NCBI GenBank assembly: GCA_937996705.1
Contig: CALKUQ010000020.1
Span: 52,476-116,475 of the forward strand
Source of the DNA: an uncultured Chlamydiae bacterium
Lineage (GTDB): Bacteria; Chlamydiota; Chlamydiia; Chlamydiales; 2-12-FULL-49-11
DNA length: 64,000 bases
Direction of reading: 5' to 3'
The position numbers and the translations under genes were made by a program. Below are positions 8,937-18,642 of this stretch, piece by piece. The notes under the pieces were generated by a model that saw only the letters and a program-made list of their open reading frames with translations, did no database searches and had not been told where the DNA came from. How positions within the stretch are numbered: the first letter of the stretch is position 1; every line of letters begins with the position of its first letter.

Positions 8937-10096
8937 GCCGCAAGCAATTTGCAAACCGCTATGTAATAATTATTTGCTCACTTCTTGTCTTAGGGTTTTT
9001 TTATTGGTTTCTCTATTGGCGTTTTTATAAATACACCGATGATGCCTATGTTGAAGGGAATCAAATCATCATCACCCCTCTAGTCCCCAGTTTTGTAAAA
9101 GCGATTCACACCGATGATACCTTTCTTGTAAAAAGGGGACAACTCATTGTTGAACTCGATGATACCGATGCAAAAATCGCCTTTAATCTCGCAGGAGAAA
9201 AATTAGCGACAACGATTCGGGAAGTGTGTCAATTGTTTCATCAAGTCTTTGCATATGAGGCAGAGATCAATATGAAAAAAGCTCTCTATGTAAAAAATGC
9301 ACAAGATTTTGAACACCGCCAAAACGTTGTCTTAGAGGGGGGCGTATCCTTAGAGAACTTTGAACATGCGATTGCAGCGATGCAAGAGAGCTACTACTCC
9401 CTAGAGATGACGGAAATTCTCTACCGGAAAAGTTTAAGTATGATCCAAGGGACTTCCATCCGAAATCACCCCATGGTGCTCGCAGCTGCCGATACCTTTA
9501 TCGACGCTTGGGTCAATCTTTACCGCTGCAATATCTACTCTCCGGTAGAAGGTCTTTGCGCACAAAGGACCATCCAAGTCGGCAAATGGGTAAATCCCGG
9601 AGACTATCTTATGGGGGTAATCCCCCTCGATCAAATTTGGGTTAACGCAAATTATAAAGAGACTCAACTAAAAAAAATGCGTATCGGCCAACCTGTAAAA
9701 GTAACTTCCGATCTTTGGGGAAGAGAGGTTGTTTTTCATGGGACAATTCTCGGTCTCCCAGGGGGTGCAGGTAACGCTTTCTCCATTCTTCCTCCACAAA
9801 ACTTATCGGGAAATTGGATCAAAATTGTTCAAAGGCTTCCCGTTCGAGTAGGATTAACCCCCGAATCACTACGAAAGCACCCCCTTAGAATCGGACTTTC
9901 GATGGAAGCTACTGTTGATGTTCACGATGAGGGGGGAGAAATTGTCCCAGAGACTACAGCAGGATCCCCAACCTATGAAACTCATATTTATAAACTTGAA
10001 GAAATTGGATCCCAAGAGGCTGTTGAAAAAATATTCGAAGAAAATTTTGACCCTCACCTAGAAGCTTTTAAAACAACCTTGTTTAAACGATCATGA
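8933..10096 (+). CDS. Membrane-fusion (HlyD/EmrA family) efflux subunit
   Basis: N-terminal TM helix, then YTDDAYVEGNQIIITPLVPSFVKAIHTDDTFLVKRGQLIVELDDTDAK (EmrA signature). TTG start overlaps the upstream stop by 4 nt. Confidence 0.8.
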   Translation: MSRKQFANRYVIIICSLLVLGFFYWFLYWRFYKYTDDAYVEGNQIIITPLVPSFVKAIHTDDTFLVKRGQLIVELDDTDAKIAFNLAGEKLATTIREVCQLFHQVFAYEAEINMKKALYVKNAQDFEHRQNVVLEGGVSLENFEHAIAAMQESYYSLEMTEILYRKSLSMIQGTSIRNHPMVLAAADTFIDAWVNLYRCNIYSPVEGLCAQRTIQVGKWVNPGDYLMGVIPLDQIWVNANYKETQLKKMRIGQPVKVTSDLWGREVVFHGTILGLPGGAGNAFSILPPQNLSGNWIKIVQRLPVRVGLTPESLRKHPLRIGLSMEATVDVHDEGGEIVPETTAGSPTYETHIYKLEEIGSQEAVEKIFEENFDPHLEAFKTTLFKRS

Positions 10097-11610
10097 CCAA
10101 AAAACTTGTTTTTTACCTCTCAATTTTAGCAATTTTTTCTGTCCTATTCAATTCTGCAGTTATCACCATGTCGGTCGTTTATATTTTAAGCGATTTAGGA
10201 TCTAGCTCTGCAACAGCATCTTATGCAACCGCTTTTTACGGTGTCGGAAATGTACTAACCGTTCCATTAGCCCTTACACTCAGGAGTAGATTCGGGACTA
10301 AATCTGTTTTTTTAGTCTGTCAAATAGGATTTACCCTATTTACTTTGCTTGCTGGATACGCTCCAAACTATCCTATTTTTCTCATCTATCGATTTTTGCA
10401 AGGTGTCAGCTCAGGCCCCCTTTTTATTCTTTTAACCTCCTTTCTAGGATCTCTTTCTACAGATGAAGAGCGGAAAAAAACACTGAAATTCACCCTCTCC
10501 TCTTTTGTTTGTGCCCCCATTGTTGGTGCCTCCTGGGGCGGCTGGATCGCCTATGATTTCAACTGGCAAAACATCTTTATCATCAACGTCCCTTTAATGA
10601 TAATCCTAGGGGTAGCGCTCTATTGGGAACTAAAAAAATATCCTGAAATTCCCGAAAAAACACCGTTTGATCGGATTGGATACACCTCTTTTGTCATAGG
10701 CTTTTCTGCATTTAGTTTTTTTCTTACCCTCGGTCAAGAACTCGATTGGTTTCGCTCTCACTTGATGACTGCAACTTTTTATATTGGAGTAACGTTTCTC
10801 CTATTTTTTGTACTCTGGAGCCTGAGACACCCCCATCCCATTATCGAATTTACCCTTTTGAAAGAACCTATCGTCCCGATTGCCCTTCTTAATATTTGGC
10901 TCCTTTTTGCCATTTATTTCGGCATGAGCCTACTCCTTTCGATTTGGTTGACCCTCTATGTCGAATACACAGTAATTTGGGTCGCCACCCTCTTAGGGGT
11001 GATGATTTTTTCAGCAGGACTCCTCCTTATTGTCATGCAAAACTACCTAGATAGTCACAAAGTTTGGATTCCTCTGGGACTTGGCATTATTTTCCTCGGA
11101 GCGAGCTGCTTTTATACCTCCAACTTTAACGTAGATATTAACCTAGGGAGAATCGCATTTTCAAGAATTCTAGGAGGCTTCGGCTTTGCCCTCCTCCTCC
11201 CCTCCCTAGTGCATCTCATTGCCCATAACAAATCTCAGTCGCTTGCCCCTAAAGCGTTTACCCTATTCCAAATGACCCGAGGGAGCTCAAGTGCTCTGGG
11301 CGTAACTATCTTCTATACAATTTGGCTTAGAAGACAGGTTTTTTATTATGAAAGACTTGGAGGATCATTAACCCATCTCTCCCCCCTAACAAACGCCTAC
11401 TACAATCGGGCAAAAGCGTTTCATCTCTCCTCAGCTCAAGCCGATCCTGAACTGGCAGTTCTTTTGACAAATCAAGCAACTTCCCTTGCCCTAAACGACT
11501 GCTTCTACCTGATGGGGTGGATTACTGTGGCCCTATTTGGGTTATTCCTAATCTGCTATGCCAAGAAAGAAACCCTTTACAACAACCTAATTTACAAAGA
11601 CTTAAAATAA
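10093..11610 (+). CDS. MFS drug/H+ antiporter, 14-TM DHA2 (EmrB-like)
   Basis: 505 aa, hydrophobic throughout with about 14 predicted helices. Overlaps the upstream gene by 4 nt, completing an EmrAB-TolC-like operon. Confidence 0.8.
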   Translation: MTKKLVFYLSILAIFSVLFNSAVITMSVVYILSDLGSSSATASYATAFYGVGNVLTVPLALTLRSRFGTKSVFLVCQIGFTLFTLLAGYAPNYPIFLIYRFLQGVSSGPLFILLTSFLGSLSTDEERKKTLKFTLSSFVCAPIVGASWGGWIAYDFNWQNIFIINVPLMIILGVALYWELKKYPEIPEKTPFDRIGYTSFVIGFSAFSFFLTLGQELDWFRSHLMTATFYIGVTFLLFFVLWSLRHPHPIIEFTLLKEPIVPIALLNIWLLFAIYFGMSLLLSIWLTLYVEYTVIWVATLLGVMIFSAGLLLIVMQNYLDSHKVWIPLGLGIIFLGASCFYTSNFNVDINLGRIAFSRILGGFGFALLLPSLVHLIAHNKSQSLAPKAFTLFQMTRGSSSALGVTIFYTIWLRRQVFYYERLGGSLTHLSPLTNAYYNRAKAFHLSSAQADPELAVLLTNQATSLALNDCFYLMGWITVALFGLFLICYAKKETLYNNLIYKDLK

Positions 11611-11693
11611 GTCCTCCGCTGAAAGATTTTTAGCGATTGCCTGAGTTCTAAAAATATGTTATAATTAATTATTAATTAATAATTGAGTAAATC

Positions 11694-12287
11694 ATGTCTA
11701 TTATTTATGATTATAGTAGCGTTATTACAGAACTTAAAATCGTGCAAAACTTTTTTTGCTTTGATGTCGACTCCCCCTACGGAAGACCTATCCCCATGCG
11801 ATCCAAGTACTCTCAGGAACATAAAATAACTGCATCTTACTATGCACACAGACCCGTTTTTGATTTCCCTGTTTTAGAACCTGAATCTGTTAAACATTAC
11901 ATGAATGAAGAAGAGAAGAGAGCTTGCTCCATTTTTTTTACAGAAGGAAAAGCAATCAGGACACTCACCAGGGAAGCAATAGACTTTACAGCGGAGGAAG
12001 TCGATGGGAAATCAGGATCTATGTTATATGTCATTGATTTAGCTAAAAACATCTACTTATATTCTAATCATGACAGGCACTACAGCCACAGCTCTGCTGT
12101 ATCAGGGGGCTCGGTTCTTGGGGCAGGGGAAGTCTCTGGATCTAGAGATGGCACTATTACCTCTATGAATAACAAAAGTGGCCATTACAGACCCAGTGAA
12201 GATCTTTTGCTCAAATCCGTAGAAATCTTCAGAGAAAAAGGGGCTATTTTTCATTCCCACTTCAAACCGGAACTGTGCCATAAATAA
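11694..12287 (+). CDS. Hypothetical protein (197 aa), no family recognised
   Basis: Long ORF after a very AT-rich upstream region. The C-terminal block HSSAVSGGSVLGAGEVSGSRDGTITSMNNKSGHYRPSEDLL looks like a conserved catalytic-type core, but I cannot place it. Confidence 0.4.
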   Translation: MSIIYDYSSVITELKIVQNFFCFDVDSPYGRPIPMRSKYSQEHKITASYYAHRPVFDFPVLEPESVKHYMNEEEKRACSIFFTEGKAIRTLTREAIDFTAEEVDGKSGSMLYVIDLAKNIYLYSNHDRHYSHSSAVSGGSVLGAGEVSGSRDGTITSMNNKSGHYRPSEDLLLKSVEIFREKGAIFHSHFKPELCHK

Positions 12288-12387
12288 TCCCCTCTCAGTA
12301 TAAAAGCAAGTTACTAAGCTCTCAAATTAGGGTGAAAAAAAAGCAACTATCATGCTACTCTATCGACTAAATTAATTAAGAGGTTGT

Positions 12388-13452
12388 ATGATCGCCCCTA
12401 TTTCTCTGTCACAAGTTCCATGCCTTGGAACTGCCAAATCCTATTATGACAATGACAATTCAACCCCCACTTTTTTTGACACAAAGACAAAAATAATTTT
12501 GAAGGCAACTCTGTTTTTCGCCGTTGCTGGACTAGTTTTTTTGCCTTTTCTCCCCTACACAGCTTCTATATCCCTGGCTTCTGCAGGATTGGGAATTTCC
12601 ATAGTCTGCTTGCTTAAGATCGGTGAAGAAATATCTGCCTTATTCGGCGATCCTTCAAAGCTCAAACAAATAGAGCGCCTAAATGCTGCAAAAGAGCTTG
12701 CTCGTGAAATCTCAATTTCAAGCGAGCTTCAACAAGAACTTCAAGATATCATTCCGATAATTGATGAGGGACGAGAGGATGCTAGAATCAGATCCATTCA
12801 ATATAGTGAAATTGATTTTTTGGGTGTTGGAACTGCAACTTTTACCTTAATATCTGCACCTAACCTTCAATTTACATTAGGGCGCCCCGGCCAAAGAAAT
12901 TCTTTAATTTGCGCGGAATCGAAACTGGTAAGACCCTATGAAAACAGGGTCTATGCAAAAATGGTCTGCGATAGTGAAAGGTATAATGCCCTTTTTATTC
13001 CCTCGATAAAACCGATCTACCTTAAAATTGGTCAATTCCAACGCTCACTCTTAGTAGAACAAATGGTGGAAAGTTCTGCATTAGTTCATGGACTCCACGA
13101 AGAAGGGGTCCGTCAAATGGTCCGCTTTCTTCTTAAAACAGGGGGAGGTTCCACTGTATTCATGACCCCCTTCCCCTTTACACCTATTGCAAGCGGCAAA
13201 CTGTGTATACGAAATTTTGCCCATCTTTCGGAGAATCCCCACCCTGATCCAAGAACACGAAACCTTCAGGAAGAGGAGCTTGTCCTAGGCAGAGAAAACT
13301 CTCTTTTAGCCGCTTTACATAACACAACAGAGGATTTGACTGATATCGCATTAGAAGAGTTCTCAAGGTTAAGACCAGATAGCACTTTGCTCCACCCTCT
13401 CTCTTTGTTAGCCCATAATGAAGTTAGTCGAAGGCAAAACCTCCCAATATAG
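12388..13452 (+). CDS. Hypothetical membrane protein with an Inc-like bilobed hydrophobic domain
   Basis: RBS aagagg lies 4 nt upstream of the ATG. Residues about 36-78, IILKATLFFAVAGLVFLPFLPYTASISLASAGLGISIVCLLKIG, form two hydrophobic lobes around a short turn. The rest of the protein is soluble. Confidence 0.45.
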   Translation: MIAPISLSQVPCLGTAKSYYDNDNSTPTFFDTKTKIILKATLFFAVAGLVFLPFLPYTASISLASAGLGISIVCLLKIGEEISALFGDPSKLKQIERLNAAKELAREISISSELQQELQDIIPIIDEGREDARIRSIQYSEIDFLGVGTATFTLISAPNLQFTLGRPGQRNSLICAESKLVRPYENRVYAKMVCDSERYNALFIPSIKPIYLKIGQFQRSLLVEQMVESSALVHGLHEEGVRQMVRFLLKTGGGSTVFMTPFPFTPIASGKLCIRNFAHLSENPHPDPRTRNLQEEELVLGRENSLLAALHNTTEDLTDIALEEFSRLRPDSTLLHPLSLLAHNEVSRRQNLPI

Positions 13453-13500
13453 CGACTCATAGTGGACTGCCCTGCCCTTTGGGCAACGGCAGGAAAATCA

Positions 13501-13575
13501 AGCGGACGGCTTCGCCAAATTGAACTAAAACGATTTTGCAAAGAAAAAGAGGGTGTTTCAACTGGAATAAGTATA
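13501..13575. repeat. Intergenic repeat, copy A (module X 13501-13537, module Y 13532-13575)
   Basis: Y matches 29974-30017 at 43/44 nt in direct orientation. X matches 29885-29921 at 36/37 nt in inverted orientation. Confidence 0.8.
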
Positions 13576-13608
13576 GTTAGGCTTTGGCCTAATAGTAGCA
13601 GTCCGGGG

Positions 13609-16600
13609 CTAAAAGGAGTCGTACAACTTTTTAAGCAGAATTGTAAGCTCTTCACGATCGAGTCTTTTAAGATCTTGCTCGCTATCAAATCCAATGACAC
13701 TGGAAATAAGATCCTTTTTGCGCTCGATCAGAGCGTGAATGTGCTCCTCAATCGTATCTTTTGCTACAAATTTAAACACGCTGATCCCCCGATTTTGACC
13801 AATACGATGGACTCGATCGGTCGCTTGATTCTCTTTTGCAGGATTCCACCATCTGTCATAATGTATTACAACGGAGGCGGCCGTGAGATCAATACCCACC
13901 CCGGCAGCTTGAAGGGAGGCAACAAAGACTTTGCACGTAGGATCTGTTTGAAACCTGTGAACCTCCTCTTTTCGATCTTTTGTGGTCCCTCGGATCCCAG
14001 CAAATCCAATCTTTTCTCTCTTAAGATAGCTCTCAATGATATCAAGCATTTTTAGATACTGAGAAAAGACCACTACTTTTTGATCGCTAGCTAAGGCCTC
14101 TTCTAAAAGTTCGATAAAAAGATCCCACTTTCCACTTTGATGCTTATCAAAATAGTTGTCATCCTTGGTAATCAGGGAGGGGTGATCGCAAACTTGCTTC
14201 AATTTATTCAGAAGGGCAAAGACGTGAATATAAAATGAGGAGCCCTCTTCATCTAAAACACCTTTTGATTGGAGGGCAATTTCTTGGTACATACGAGACT
14301 GCTCTTCAGATAAATCGACATAAGCAATCTCTTCAATTTTTTCGGGGAGATCTGAAAGGACATCCATCTTTTTTCTTCGCAAAATAAATGGCTTTATCAG
14401 CTTAGAAAGTGCTTTTTGCTTATCCAAGTCTTTATTTTTCTCAATTGGAGCGACAAACTCATCTTTAAAATCGTCGTGGGTAGGTAAAAAATTCGGCAAA
14501 ACGATATCAAACAAAGCCTTCAACTCAAAAAGATTGTTCTCTAGTGGAGTGCCAGTTAAAGCAAGCTTCATTTCGGCTTTAATTTGCTTTAATGCAGCAT
14601 GAATTTGAGACTTTTGATTTTTTGCCACCTGGGTCTCATCAAAGACTGCAATTTCAAAATCATGCATCATAAACAACTCTTTATCACTCCTTAGAATTCC
14701 ATAAGTTGTTAAAATAATGTCATTTTTTAAATTAAGGCTCTTCGGATTTCTAAAAGGTCCATGATACAAATGGACTTTTGCTTTAGGTAAAAAATTTGCT
14801 AGCAAATCTTGCCAATGATACACCACTGAGGTCGGCGCTACCACTAAAAATTTATACCGCATCGATCTCTTTTTTTCATGCATAGCAGCTGAAAGCAAGG
14901 CCATCGCCTGGTGGGTCTTTCCAAGCCCCATCTCATCACATAAAAATCCAGACAATCCATAGGTGTATAAAAACCAAAGCCATTTAACTCCAACTTCTTG
15001 ATACGATCTAAGTGTGCTTTTTAGCCCTCCAAGTTTTGGCATATGCGCAACTAAACCCTCTTCGGTCAAGTTTTTTAACACATTACCAAACTCTTGCATC
15101 TCAGGATTACTTGATTCACTTAAATGGACCTCTTCAAATAAAGAGAGCCTCACCCAATCAAGAGTCGATAAATACAATCTATTTGTTCCAGGCTCAAACA
15201 TTGTCCTAGAAAGCCTACTAATCCAATAAAATCGTTTTTCTCCAAGGCTGAGCATCCCTGCATCGGATAAAATAAATGGAGCAAACGAGAGCATCCCCTC
15301 ATAAATCTCTCGGATAGAGACTGATCCTAGTGGCGATACATAGGCAAATTGAACAAGCCACCCTTTTGCCTTTCGTTCTACATCTTTTACAAGAAGCTTA
15401 ATTCGAGAGGGTTCCACCAATCGCTTATCGAGATGAAGCACCTGTGATTTTAATCTTTTTAACTCATGCTTAATGAAATAGGGAATTTGATCAACGGAAA
15501 CGACCACTTTTTCATAATACTTAGAAGGAAGCTTTAAATTATCCGGAATTTCGGCAAACCCTTTTTTCTTTAAATAGACAAAATCGCCATAAACTTTTGG
15601 ACTATAATTCAGAGCCCACTCTTTAAACAGATACTGAGGCTCAACAACAATCGACTCATTGATCAAACTAATAGTAAGGCCTACTTTTTCTAACCCTGCA
15701 TCAGAAGAAAAGAAATTTTTTATGTGATCCAAATCTTCTTTGTGTTTCTGAATAAACGTAGGAATATTCCCTTCATCCACCTCAACTGCTTCTAAATTAG
15801 AACCATGATGAATTGACTCCTTTCTTGAAAAAAATCCCTCCCCCTTAATGTAAACCCAACCGCCCAAATCAATTGCATCGCTTGTACCCTCTTTAAACAC
15901 ATCCTCTTTTTCAATTACTAACGTCCCTTCCACCATACGGTAGTTGAACTTTGTCTCAACACTGGATAGATGGATTTGGAATTCGTCGTATTTATTTAAC
16001 CAATTCTTATTCCTCTCAATAAACTCGCTCATCAAATCCTTAGGAATCACTTTTTCAATCCCCCTGAAAAGCAAATTAGTAAGACGGAAAAACCCTTTTT
16101 CCTCAACATAAGCCCACGGATCAAAAAAACGGGCACTCCCTGTATGCAAATCTCCAGGATTAAATAAATAGCATTGAATATGAAACCTACCCGTTTCATC
16201 AAAAAACAGTTGATAGGAGGCGCTCTTAGGCTTTCTTGTGATGGGGGTATGAGATAAATACTTCTCTACCAGCCTTGCATTTTTTTCCAAAAATTCGGGA
16301 ATTTCACTCTCTACGATTTTCTCTCTCTTGAAAAATTCATTTGTTTTTTTTGGGAAAAAGCCGATTCCCTTTCTAAAAATCCACTCATCCCACTCAAAAT
16401 CAGGATTTTCTGTTTTTATTAATGGAATTGAGTCGATATCAAAGCAGATTTTTTTAGGATTGTATACAACCCTTTCTACCTCTATATCTTTAAAATCGAA
16501 AACTTTAAGATTGGTCTTGTAGGCTGCAATCGATAAAATTACCTTAGGCCAATCGGGAGGCGCTAAATAAACCTCTAGATCTACCTCTGGCGACTTGATT

Positions 16601-17262
16601 AAAATAAATTCGGGAAGACCTGAATTGTACTCACTAAACTCGATTTCATACTCTTTTCCCTCATCCTCAGACATCATAAACCATTTGGCCAAATCAGACC
16701 AAACCGATAGTTCGAATAAAAGGGCGTCACTGGTCTTACCTTTCTTATACCTTTCCAACTCTTCCGGCGCTAAATTGGAGAACTTTAATGAAGTCTCTTC
16801 CGTCTCTTTTTTTCGCTCATCGATCCACTCCTTTGCATACTCCCTCGCCTGAGGAGATTCCATTTTAAGCAAAAAACTTTTTTTATCCCCCTCTCGTAAA
16901 ATTTGATACTGCCCCGCAGCCAAGCTAGAAAGTTTGGCTTTAAACCCGTGTCGCTCTGCTAAAATTTTAAATAACTCGCTCCAGAGAGAAGCTCTAAACC
17001 TCACATGCAGAGGATACTTATACCCTCTAAACACCGCCCACTTAGCTCGCTCAATATGCAAGCAAGACAAATCCCCTTCAGACATTCCACAACTACAAAA
17101 CTGATCAAGAACATCGCCTAAGTCATTTAAATGCAGTAAAATCCAGAAGCTCTCTTGATCAGCCACCTCAATTTGATACGTACCATTAGAAAAGAGGACA
17201 TGTTTTACTTCCATCCCTCCAACATAAGCCGGAAGAGAGTCACTTGTCAAAGAAAAAGCCAA
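13609..17262 (-). CDS. SWIM zinc-finger / SNF2-family helicase
   Basis: SWIM motif CSCGMSEGDLSCLH near the N-terminus. Helicase motifs DEMGLGKTHQA, FDETQVAKN and QATDRVHRIGQ. The start is uncertain (TTG 17262 or ATG 17214, MEVKHV...). Confidence 0.85.
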   Translation of the reverse strand: MAFSLTSDSLPAYVGGMEVKHVLFSNGTYQIEVADQESFWILLHLNDLGDVLDQFCSCGMSEGDLSCLHIERAKWAVFRGYKYPLHVRFRASLWSELFKILAERHGFKAKLSSLAAGQYQILREGDKKSFLLKMESPQAREYAKEWIDERKKETEETSLKFSNLAPEELERYKKGKTSDALLFELSVWSDLAKWFMMSEDEGKEYEIEFSEYNSGLPEFILIKSPEVDLEVYLAPPDWPKVILSIAAYKTNLKVFDFKDIEVERVVYNPKKICFDIDSIPLIKTENPDFEWDEWIFRKGIGFFPKKTNEFFKREKIVESEIPEFLEKNARLVEKYLSHTPITRKPKSASYQLFFDETGRFHIQCYLFNPGDLHTGSARFFDPWAYVEEKGFFRLTNLLFRGIEKVIPKDLMSEFIERNKNWLNKYDEFQIHLSSVETKFNYRMVEGTLVIEKEDVFKEGTSDAIDLGGWVYIKGEGFFSRKESIHHGSNLEAVEVDEGNIPTFIQKHKEDLDHIKNFFSSDAGLEKVGLTISLINESIVVEPQYLFKEWALNYSPKVYGDFVYLKKKGFAEIPDNLKLPSKYYEKVVVSVDQIPYFIKHELKRLKSQVLHLDKRLVEPSRIKLLVKDVERKAKGWLVQFAYVSPLGSVSIREIYEGMLSFAPFILSDAGMLSLGEKRFYWISRLSRTMFEPGTNRLYLSTLDWVRLSLFEEVHLSESSNPEMQEFGNVLKNLTEEGLVAHMPKLGGLKSTLRSYQEVGVKWLWFLYTYGLSGFLCDEMGLGKTHQAMALLSAAMHEKKRSMRYKFLVVAPTSVVYHWQDLLANFLPKAKVHLYHGPFRNPKSLNLKNDIILTTYGILRSDKELFMMHDFEIAVFDETQVAKNQKSQIHAALKQIKAEMKLALTGTPLENNLFELKALFDIVLPNFLPTHDDFKDEFVAPIEKNKDLDKQKALSKLIKPFILRRKKMDVLSDLPEKIEEIAYVDLSEEQSRMYQEIALQSKGVLDEEGSSFYIHVFALLNKLKQVCDHPSLITKDDNYFDKHQSGKWDLFIELLEEALASDQKVVVFSQYLKMLDIIESYLKREKIGFAGIRGTTKDRKEEVHRFQTDPTCKVFVASLQAAGVGIDLTAASVVIHYDRWWNPAKENQATDRVHRIGQNRGISVFKFVAKDTIEEHIHALIERKKDLISSVIGFDSEQDLKRLDREELTILLKKLYDSF

Positions 17263-17314
17263 AATTTTAGATGTCAGAGCAAATCTGGGAGAGCTCCATC
17301 ACTGCATAACTAAA

Positions 17315-17670
17315 AAAAGGGAAGACTAGTAAGCCGGATTCTGTCTTATTTCTAAGAGCAACCATTTGTCTAGGAGCATTATCACTAATGCCCTCAAGCG
17401 AATTACTAAAAAACTCCTGCGGATCGCAGTTGAACGAGTTTTTTTATCTTGCATCGGATAGGGTTTGCACCTAATTCCACATCTCTATGGAAGGGCCCAC
17501 TCTTAAAGTGGGCATTTTCAGCCTGTCTTTAGATCTCTCTAAAGCGGTATGTTTTCTGTTGCACTTTCCGTAGCCTTACGACCCCCAGCCTTTCGCTGGT
17601 ATCCTTATCCTCTGAAGTCCAGACTTTCCTCTACCCTCTTAAAGATAGCGGTTGCCTTGCCTTCCCTAAC
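17315..17670 (-). ncRNA. rnpB: RNase P RNA, bacterial type A
   Basis: The minus strand reads GGGAAGGCAAGG...GAGGAAAGTCTGGACTTC...ACGGAAAGTGCAACAGAAAACATACCGC...AGACAGAATCCGGCTTACTAGTCTTCCC. The conserved GAGGAAAGUCCGG, AGUGCAACAGAAA and ACAGAAUCCGGCUUA blocks are present. P1 pairs GGGAAG with CUUCCC. Ends are good to about 5 nt. Confidence 0.85.
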
Positions 17671-17714
17671 AACATAACAGCCAGATTGTTCTGATTCCTT
17701 ACCAGAACCACCCG

Positions 17715-18539
17715 CTACTCTTCAGATTCTGGCTCTTCTACAGCAACAGTTCCAGAACTACTATCAAGAGCAGGAGTTACTCTACGTCTTCGTCTTTTTA
17801 CAGCTCCAGCAGAAGAATCTGTTTGTTCTTTTTTGCTTTCGCTCCAGTAATGGATCCTTGAGCAGTGTTCACAAAAGGTAAGCTTCTCACCTTTTCTTAC
17901 AAGATTTTCGTGTTGAGCAGTTAACGCAATATGACACCCTGTGCAAGTTCTGTTTTCAATAGAAACCACTACCCGGTCTTTTTTATTTCTAAGAAGTCTT
18001 TCGTAAATAGAAAAAATTTGAGGGTCAGCACTCTTTACAAGAAGATCTCTCTCTTTTTTCAATACAGATCCCTCTTTGTTAATTTCATTGATGGTCTCTT
18101 TAACCTCTTCCTCAAGGGTAGTATTGCTCTGGTCTGACTCTTTTAAAGATTTTTTAGTCTTTTCAAAAATTTCCTCTTCAGCGACTTTCTTATCCACTAG
18201 ATTACAAAGAGTCTGTTCAAAAGAGGCTCTCTCTCTTTCTAAAGTTGAAATTTCTTTTGTCAGTGCGTTAAACTCTTCGATTTTTTTAATAGCCATCTGC
18301 TGAGCTTCGAGCTTTTTAACTTTTTCTTTGTGCTCTTCAATTTTTCTTTCAAAAAGGACGCACTCCTCACTCAAATCGGCAATTTCGTCTTTTTTATCAT
18401 CCAGTTGCTCTACCAATTCTTGCTTAAGCTGAGCAATCTGTTTTAGTTCATCCTGTCTCTGTTTCTTTAGGCGCATCAGACGAATCATCTTGATGTCTAA
18501 CTCTTGGATGGAGAGAATAACTTTTAAAGCTTCATACAT
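17715..18539 (-). CDS. Coiled-coil C4 zinc-ribbon protein (COG1579/DUF164 family)
   Basis: A long heptad-rich N-terminus is followed by CTGCHIALTAQHENLVRKGEKLTFCEHCSRIHYW. A further 40-aa tail contains KRRRRR and an acidic end. Confidence 0.7.
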   Translation of the reverse strand: MYEALKVILSIQELDIKMIRLMRLKKQRQDELKQIAQLKQELVEQLDDKKDEIADLSEECVLFERKIEEHKEKVKKLEAQQMAIKKIEEFNALTKEISTLERERASFEQTLCNLVDKKVAEEEIFEKTKKSLKESDQSNTTLEEEVKETINEINKEGSVLKKERDLLVKSADPQIFSIYERLLRNKKDRVVVSIENRTCTGCHIALTAQHENLVRKGEKLTFCEHCSRIHYWSESKKEQTDSSAGAVKRRRRRVTPALDSSSGTVAVEEPESEE

Positions 18540-18642
18540 TATAGATCTCTTGGTTAGAAAGTATGAAAAAAGTGTAACTTATATGCACAAAATCTACAAG
18601 TAAAAACCCCAATCCTCTATTCTATTACAAAAAAGGAATCGT

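Noticed and set aside
13462-14055. 197-aa plus-strand ORF (and the 144-aa minus-strand ORF 13266..13700) at the junction between the Inc-like gene and the SNF2 gene
   Set aside because: The plus-strand ORF is mostly antisense to the well-supported SNF2 helicase C-terminus and starts inside the intergenic repeat. The minus-strand ORF is antisense to the 12388..13452 gene. Both have low-complexity, shadow-like translations with no RBS.
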